Below, piece by piece: positions 58,433 to 64,000 of a stretch of 64,000 bases of DNA. A program made the position numbers and the translations under genes. Numbering within the stretch: the stretch's first letter is position 1; the number at the start of each line of letters is the position of its first letter. Source of the DNA: a virus (Duplodnaviria > Caudoviricetes); IMG/VR virus record IMGVR_UViG_3300046779_001541, positions 3,109 through 67,108 of that record, one strand, 5' to 3'. The notes under the pieces are model-generated. The model was not told the DNA's origin. It worked only from the letters and a program-made list of their open reading frames with translations, and ran no database searches.

Positions 58433-58697
58433 ACGTCAACTTCGCAAGCTCCAGAAGCAGCGCCACATGTATGACATTCAGCAGATGATTCTCTCTAACC
58501 CTCTGCTTAAGAATCTTGGGAGTAGGGACCAGAAAACTCTACAAAAGCTAATATATAAAGCCGAAATGATTGAAGTCTTTATGCGAGATAAGCAGATTGT
58601 TCGCGTGAATGAGTCATTCGAAGACATTGTCAACAGCGTTGCAGACATGCTAGACGATGCACTTCGCCAGGACGATGAAGATGACGATAGATTCTAA
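58410..58697 (+). CDS. Hypothetical protein
   Basis: 95-aa helical ORF with a GAGG SD. Confidence 0.55.
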   Translation: MNSIRATERQLRKLQKQRHMYDIQQMILSNPLLKNLGSRDQKTLQKLIYKAEMIEVFMRDKQIVRVNESFEDIVNSVADMLDDALRQDDEDDDRF

Positions 58698-59244
58698 AGA
58701 CTACGTAAAGCTAGATAGCAGAGCTTTCCTATATAAAAAGGCTCTACGTAATCCTGAAAAACTTATAGAGTTAGCTGAATCCTCTGCATGGGAGGATAAT
58801 ACGATGGACGGCTACGAAGATGGACTTATCCATAGATTTGAAACTGATGTAATTTTACATAAATCAGACGAATTTGGCGGCTTAGTCATGTCAGACCTCT
58901 ATACCTGCATGGAATCTTATAAAACTTTAGCCATACCTACTGAGCATCATCGCCCTATACATATGGGGGACTCTTGGACTGCTCACATATCTAAATACAA
59001 TAAAGGTGGAATATCTACGTCTCACACTGATGAGGACGTTTTTGATGATGACGGGTTATGCACTGTCATTATTTATCTAAATGATGAATATGAAGGTGGT
59101 AATCTAGGGTTTGATGACCTAGGCATAGAGCTTAAACCATCGGCTGGAGACATTATTATATTCCCGTGCCACTATTGGCACTACGGAGCTGAAGTCCTTT
59201 CTGGGGAAAAATACCTATCTATATTTAGATATCAATTTACTTGA
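58657..59244 (+). CDS. Fe(II)/2OG oxygenase, P4H-like (likely start ATG 58681)
   Basis: SHTD...YLNDEYEGGNL...PSAGDIIIFPC..WHYG...GEKY. Confidence 0.9.
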   Translation: MHFARTMKMTIDSKDYVKLDSRAFLYKKALRNPEKLIELAESSAWEDNTMDGYEDGLIHRFETDVILHKSDEFGGLVMSDLYTCMESYKTLAIPTEHHRPIHMGDSWTAHISKYNKGGISTSHTDEDVFDDDGLCTVIIYLNDEYEGGNLGFDDLGIELKPSAGDIIIFPCHYWHYGAEVLSGEKYLSIFRYQFT

Positions 59245-59298
59245 CAAACGCTTTCATATAGGATAGATTTATCTCACAGGAGATGAAAGGATCCCTAA

Positions 59299-60426
59299 AT
59301 GAAGAAAGTAATTGCTGCCCTTGCAGCTGTTCCAATGATTATTGGCCTTGCTGGTCCAGCAAACGCCGCTACTGGCACTCAGGCTGTGTCCGATGTAAGT
59401 GCCTACTACCGAGTTGATCTTGGCTACATGGTTGGCTGGAAGACTCCTGCAGAACGAACTGGCATCACTGGCTATGTTGTAACTGCAACTCCTGGCGGTC
59501 AGACCTGTACTGTAAGCGGATCGCTAGCCAAGTCATGCACCTTTACAACTAGAGCTCTTGGCTATGTCAACGCTTACACCTTTACTGTGTCAACTAAGAA
59601 GGGTGCTGCAATTGCATCTATATCTGACGCATCTAATGTTGTATCAGCTAAGTCGATTGCTCAGGCTCCAATGGCTTTAACCTCTAAGGCTGTATCACCT
59701 ACTCAGATCGATGTTGCTTGGGTCCCTAACGCTAATACTGGCGGTGCTCCACTGTACGGTTATAAGCTGACTTACTGGAAGTCTGACACCAAAGGTTCGC
59801 CCATCAATGCAACTAAGGTGGAGACCCTAACTTCAGATACGACTGCAACACTGGCTGTTGAGTCTGGATTTATGTACATCATTAACGTTGCTTCATGTAA
59901 CGCTTACGGATGCAGTTCGGCTGACTACTGGTCTTATGCAAATACTGGTGCAACTAACGTAGTACTTCCACGAGTTATTAGTGGTGGCTCTGCTTCAACA
60001 ACTTGCTTTGATAGCATCTACGATGCAAACACTGGAGAAACTGAGATTGGCACTTGCGGTACTGTAACTGCTAACCCAGATAATTACCCTGTAATTGACC
60101 CTAGTGCAACTAGTTTGAATATCAACTTGGCAACTAAGTTTGCTCAGCGTGCAACGCTATCGCTTGGACGCACCTACTCACTTAAGACTTGGGGCCCAAT
60201 CGGCATCAGCTGGTTTGCGTATCTAGGTGCAACTAGCAAATCAGTGACTCTTGGATTTGAAGGGACTCCTGTAGTGTCTTCGACTACTCCTGTGGTATGT
60301 GAGGTTGCTGGTCCGAAGATTGTATTAAAGTCTGTGGGTACCTGTACGATTAACGCATACGTTATGTCTAACGGTGTGTTTGAGCAGAGTAACACTGTAA
60401 TCTCGAATATCTCTGTAACTAACTAA
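59299..60426 (+). CDS. Secreted/surface FN3-domain protein
   Basis: Signal peptide MKKVIAALAAVPMIIGLAGPANA, FN3-like W.P....G...GY; TTGACA-17-TAGATT promoter at 59241. Confidence 0.75.
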   Translation: MKKVIAALAAVPMIIGLAGPANAATGTQAVSDVSAYYRVDLGYMVGWKTPAERTGITGYVVTATPGGQTCTVSGSLAKSCTFTTRALGYVNAYTFTVSTKKGAAIASISDASNVVSAKSIAQAPMALTSKAVSPTQIDVAWVPNANTGGAPLYGYKLTYWKSDTKGSPINATKVETLTSDTTATLAVESGFMYIINVASCNAYGCSSADYWSYANTGATNVVLPRVISGGSASTTCFDSIYDANTGETEIGTCGTVTANPDNYPVIDPSATSLNINLATKFAQRATLSLGRTYSLKTWGPIGISWFAYLGATSKSVTLGFEGTPVVSSTTPVVCEVAGPKIVLKSVGTCTINAYVMSNGVFEQSNTVISNISVTN

Positions 60427-60443
60427 ATGACAAAAAGATAAAA

Positions 60444-60478
60444 GAAAGCCCCCTGTGATTAGCAGGGGGTTTCTCTTT
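60444..60478. terminator. Bidirectional intrinsic terminator between convergent genes
   Basis: GAAAGCCCCCTG/CAGGGGGTTTC stem with A-rich and T-rich flanks. Confidence 0.8.
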
Positions 60479-60490
60479 ACCTTGTCGGGA

Positions 60491-61336
60491 TTAGTCTAGG
60501 AAAGCCCAGGTCTTAGGTCCGACAATGCCGTCGACTAGAAGACCGTGCTTTTTCTGTAGTGCTTCAACTGCTACGTGGGTCTTGTCTCCGAAGTCTCCAT
60601 CAACCTTAAGGTTTAGCTGCTGCTGGATGAACTTAACAGCATCTCCAGTTGAGCCACGCTTAATGTAGTGTCCAGGGTATCCTGGATTCTTAATAGCTAC
60701 AGCAATCTCTGCTGTCTTAGGCGCTGGAGCAGCAGGTGCCGCTGTCTTCTTTGCAGCCAACTCTGCATCAACCTTTGCTGCCTGAGCCTCGTTGTGCTCT
60801 GGTGCCTCTGCTACTGGGTCATCCTCGGTAGCAACAACGGCTGCTGAAGCAATAGCCTTTTCCTTGGCAATAAGAGCTTTAAAGAAGCCGATTGGCTCGA
60901 TGTAGTTCTTACCGTTTGCATCCCAGATGTGCTGCTTGCCTAGGCGAAGCTCCCAGTGTAGGTGCTTACCAGTTGACATACCAGTGGTGCCCATCTTGCC
61001 GAGCATCTGTCCAGCTTCAACCTTCTGGCCCTTCTTGACTTTGATCGAGCCGTCCTTCATGTGTGCGTACAAGGTGGTGTAGAACTTACCGTCAATCTTG
61101 TGAAGAAGGATGACGTAGTTACCGAAGCCACCACCAGGAGCAGTTGACTTCTTGGCCTCTAGGACCTTGCCGTCATATGGGGCCTCGATGATGCATGGCT
61201 CGTGTGGAGACCAGATGTCGGTTCCGTTGTGATGCTTTTTCTGCTTGGTAACTGGGTGGATACGCATACCCATGAGGCTGGTAGCCTTAAAGTCTTTGCC
61301 AAGCTTTCCATCAATTGGATACTGTGCTTTTGCCAT
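60491..61336 (-). CDS. Endolysin: M23 peptidase plus peptidoglycan-binding domain
   Basis: HHNGTD, YAHM, STGKHLHWE; C-terminal RGSTG.AV...Q..L...DG.FG..T...Q...L..DGIVG..TW. Confidence 0.9.
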   Translation of the reverse strand: MAKAQYPIDGKLGKDFKATSLMGMRIHPVTKQKKHHNGTDIWSPHEPCIIEAPYDGKVLEAKKSTAPGGGFGNYVILLHKIDGKFYTTLYAHMKDGSIKVKKGQKVEAGQMLGKMGTTGMSTGKHLHWELRLGKQHIWDANGKNYIEPIGFFKALIAKEKAIASAAVVATEDDPVAEAPEHNEAQAAKVDAELAAKKTAAPAAPAPKTAEIAVAIKNPGYPGHYIKRGSTGDAVKFIQQQLNLKVDGDFGDKTHVAVEALQKKHGLLVDGIVGPKTWAFLD

Positions 61337-61371
61337 TATGATTCCTTGTTGTTAGGGTTACTTCAATTTTA

Positions 61372-61626
61372 CTAGCCGTATTTATGGGCTAGTTTTTCTT
61401 TAGCTATCTGAGAGCACCTTGCATTTATATATGCTCGTTGATATCTCTGGAAGTCGTCACGTCTCTGTTGGTACTCGATGACCCTTGGAAACTGATTATT
61501 TCTGTTTCGTACTGGACGTTTCGAGTAGTGTAAACGTGCTGACTCGAATGCCTCTTTTCGTAGGGCTGACGTCTCTGCCTGGAAGAAATAAACCAGGTAC
61601 CAGAAAAGGCGGATTGGTCCTCTCAT
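61372..61626 (-). CDS. Basic hypothetical protein
   Basis: 84 aa; TAAAAT 6 nt before the ATG. Confidence 0.55.
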   Translation of the reverse strand: MRGPIRLFWYLVYFFQAETSALRKEAFESARLHYSKRPVRNRNNQFPRVIEYQQRRDDFQRYQRAYINARCSQIAKEKLAHKYG

Positions 61627-61629
61627 GGG

Positions 61630-61644
61630 ACAATTTTACCGCAG
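61630..61644 (-). promoter_or_regulatory. Extended -10 promoter CTGCGGTAAAATTGT
   Basis: Identical to 12100..12114. Confidence 0.6.
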
Positions 61645-61655
61645 CTTTATGTGGC

Positions 61656-62687
61656 CTAGTCTAGCCAGGACCTGTTGGCAAGAGTCCAATCAACTGTACG
61701 TTTTAGAGCTTCTTTAAATTGAAGTGGCGGCACCCAGCCCCAGTCTTGTAGGGTGCCCCTCTCTAGTCCGTATCTGAGGTCGTGACCTGGTCTCTTACCT
61801 TCAACATCTTGGTACTCTATCCAGTCACCTTCTAGCCCCATCGCGTCTGCAATTAGCTGAGCCATCTCGTCGTTAGCGACTTCTGCCTCCCCAACAACGT
61901 GGAATCGCTGAGGCCTAGCGGCTCCTTGAGATCTTTTATATGGGTAATTCTCAATGTTATTGATTATGAATAGGAGAGCATCAGCGTGGTTGAATGCGTG
62001 CAAATAGAATCGGCTACCTGCAACCCATGAATCACCTACACGTCTAGCGTGCACTTGAATCTTTTCTCCGTTGAGGAACTTCTTGATTGTCTTTGGCACA
62101 AACTTTTCTGGGTCTTGGCGCTCGCCAATGTTGTTCATAGTATTTGTAATAACTACTGGTACGTCATAGCTTCTCCAGTATGAGATAGCAATTGCTTCCT
62201 GAGCCGCTTTACTCGCCGAGTAGGGGTTAGACGGCATAATCGCATCGTACTCTGGGTGAGCTGTTCCGTTAACTGCTGGCCCGTAAACTTCATCAGTACT
62301 GATCTGCACAAACAGCTTTAAGTCTGGGAGGGTTCGCGCATAGTCCAACATGGTAGTGACAAGCATCACGTTATTTTCGATGAAGTGTCTAGGCTCTTCC
62401 AGGCTTCTATCTACGTGAGACTCTGAGGCCATGTTGATAATTACATCAATATGACCTATTTTGTTGGATGTGATTCGATCAATCGGTGCCACTATATCGT
62501 GCGAAATCACTGTAACTCGATCACGGTGCTCTGGGTAGAGGTCTAGCACCTCTCTGAGCCTCGCGCTCATTCCCTTATGTCTAAAGCTCTCTAGGCACAC
62601 TATCTCCCATGATGTGTTCTTTAGGAAGTGCTCTAAGGTGTGGTGGCCTATAAAGCCTCCAGCGCCTGTGAGTAGAATACGAGTCAT
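61656..62687 (-). CDS. rmlB: NAD-dependent epimerase/dehydratase, dTDP-glucose 4,6-dehydratase-like
   Basis: TGAGGFIG, ASESHVDRS, STDEVYG, PSNPYSASKAA (YxxxK), RPGHD.RY. Confidence 0.88.
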   Translation of the reverse strand: MTRILLTGAGGFIGHHTLEHFLKNTSWEIVCLESFRHKGMSARLREVLDLYPEHRDRVTVISHDIVAPIDRITSNKIGHIDVIINMASESHVDRSLEEPRHFIENNVMLVTTMLDYARTLPDLKLFVQISTDEVYGPAVNGTAHPEYDAIMPSNPYSASKAAQEAIAISYWRSYDVPVVITNTMNNIGERQDPEKFVPKTIKKFLNGEKIQVHARRVGDSWVAGSRFYLHAFNHADALLFIINNIENYPYKRSQGAARPQRFHVVGEAEVANDEMAQLIADAMGLEGDWIEYQDVEGKRPGHDLRYGLERGTLQDWGWVPPLQFKEALKRTVDWTLANRSWLD

Positions 62688-62701
62688 GATAGAATCCTAA
62701 C
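62688..62701. promoter_or_regulatory. 14-bp intergenic segment with two overlapping divergent -10 boxes
   Basis: TAGAAT-6-ATG 62702 (+) and TAGGAT-6-ATG 62687 (-). Confidence 0.65.
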
Positions 62702-63523
62702 ATGAAAACAGCCATAGTCACTATATTCGATGAAGGGTACTTAGAGCATGCGGCTGTATTCCTAAGCTCGTTGTCAGATAACTACCACTACCACGAAGAG
62801 CTTGACGTTGTGTGTATGGTCCCTGATGGGACTGATGAGGTGTTTGACCGACTATCTAAGTTGCTCGACCTGGACCCTAGGGTAAACGTATACTTTAAAT
62901 CTATAGACGTGGCTAAGTTTCCTTGGATAGCTTCGGCTGTCTCCGACCACTGGGGAACTGCGACTACCTGGTTCAGATTATTCTTAGGTCAGCTGCTACC
63001 AGAATACGATAAAGCTATCTATTTTGATGTGGACATGCTGGTAGTGGACAACATCCAGCCAATACTTGACCACCCTATGCACAATAAATTTATGGCTGTG
63101 ATGGACCCTGTTGGTGTTGAATACATCTACCAAAGGTCAAGAGGTGCAATATCTTATTTGACGGATGGAATGTTTGTAGCTGACTTGAATTGGTGGAGAG
63201 ATTCCAACATAGAGTCAACTTTTATTGAATACATAGAAGAGAATGGCATAGATATACTGCTTGAAGAGCATGTCTTAAATGCTTGCATAAAACCATATTG
63301 GCACCCTCTGCCTTTTACTTTTAACTTTTATATGTTTAAGCGAGACAAATTTGGGGTACCTGACTTTGATGACTCAGACATGAAACTCCACTATAAACAT
63401 GCAATCGTCTTCCACTTTGCTGGTAAAGCAAAGCCCTGGAATTTTAAGGAACTTATTGGTAAGGAAGACATATCTGCACTAGGCAGTAAGTGGCGAAATA
63501 TAAAAGATAATCTAGGTCCTTGA
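62702..63523 (+). CDS. Family 8 glycosyltransferase
   Basis: RLFLGQLLPEYDKAIYFDVD (DxD), HFAGKAKPW. Confidence 0.88.
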   Translation: MKTAIVTIFDEGYLEHAAVFLSSLSDNYHYHEELDVVCMVPDGTDEVFDRLSKLLDLDPRVNVYFKSIDVAKFPWIASAVSDHWGTATTWFRLFLGQLLPEYDKAIYFDVDMLVVDNIQPILDHPMHNKFMAVMDPVGVEYIYQRSRGAISYLTDGMFVADLNWWRDSNIESTFIEYIEENGIDILLEEHVLNACIKPYWHPLPFTFNFYMFKRDKFGVPDFDDSDMKLHYKHAIVFHFAGKAKPWNFKELIGKEDISALGSKWRNIKDNLGP

Positions 63524-63553
63524 CATAATATTATTTATTGCTAGTATTTATGT

Positions 63554-64000
63554 ATGACTTCAATAGACATAATAAAAGGTGACATCACCGAGCTAGCTGT
63601 AGACGCTATCGTAAACGCCGCTAATACTGACCTACTTGGTGGTGGCGGAGTAGACGGTGCTATTAGACGTGCTGGTGGTCCAAGGCTGTCCGAGGATGCT
63701 CGTGTGTTTGCGCCACTATATGTTGCGCACGCCGCTATTACCAACGGCTATGACTTACCAGCTAAGAAAGTTATCTGGACTGTAGGTCCGCAATGGAACG
63801 GTGGCAGCTCTGGCGAGTTTATTTCACTAGCTGAGACATATAAGAACTGTCTTCGAATGGCTGAAAGATTCGATCTGACTAGTATTGCATTCCCTGCAAT
63901 CAGTGCTGGTGTCTACGGGTTCCCGCTGGATAAAGCAACCAAGGTCGCTATCGAGGCTGTGCTAGAGGAATCGCTAGAATGTCGAAGTGTGCAGGAAGTT
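63554..64000 (+). CDS. Macrodomain (YmdB/MacroD-like) ADP-ribose-processing protein; runs off the right edge, not in the ORF track
   Basis: KGDITELAVDAIVNAANTDLLGGGGVDGAIRRAGG...TVGP...SIAFPAISAGVYGFP; TTGACA-16-TAGTAT-6-ATG. Confidence 0.93.
   Translation, partial: MTSIDIIKGDITELAVDAIVNAANTDLLGGGGVDGAIRRAGGPRLSEDARVFAPLYVAHAAITNGYDLPAKKVIWTVGPQWNGGSSGEFISLAETYKNCLRMAERFDLTSIAFPAISAGVYGFPLDKATKVAIEAVLEESLECRSVQEV

Noticed and set aside
63541-63744. Minus-strand 67-aa ORF
   Set aside because: It is antisense to the macrodomain gene.

Overview
This is a 64-kb segment of a large tailed-phage genome. WhiB, DUF3039, class Ib nrdHIEF, the tmRNA tag ANSRSAFALAA and many leaderless promoters point to an actinobacterial host. 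No capsid, terminase or integrase gene lies in the window. The left half (1-28750) is almost all minus strand. It holds glycosyltransferases, a metallophosphoesterase, a primase-helicase and two parallel fibre operons (collagen-like and Mtd-N-type fibres). Between the operons sits a block of 9 Fe(II)/2-oxoglutarate oxygenases plus 2 DUF6065-like genes. The block follows an FN3 protein ending in an 80-residue (PPFF/PFF)n repeat. The right half carries nrdHIEF, whiB, dut, thyX, a tmRNA preceded by about 530 nt of promoter-bearing structured non-coding sequence with tRNA-like domains, and a tRNA cluster that includes one tRNA with an expanded anticodon loop. It also has 7 more intact oxygenases, a carbamoyltransferase, three SGNH-like proteins, a subtilase, an M23 endolysin, an RmlB-like dehydratase, a GT8 and a macrodomain. 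The strongest candidate for an undescribed system is a phage-encoded post-translational modification pathway (proline hydroxylation, then glycosylation, carbamoylation or acylation) acting on the Pro-Phe-Phe repeat protein and the virion fibres. All family assignments come from motifs read by eye; no database search was run.
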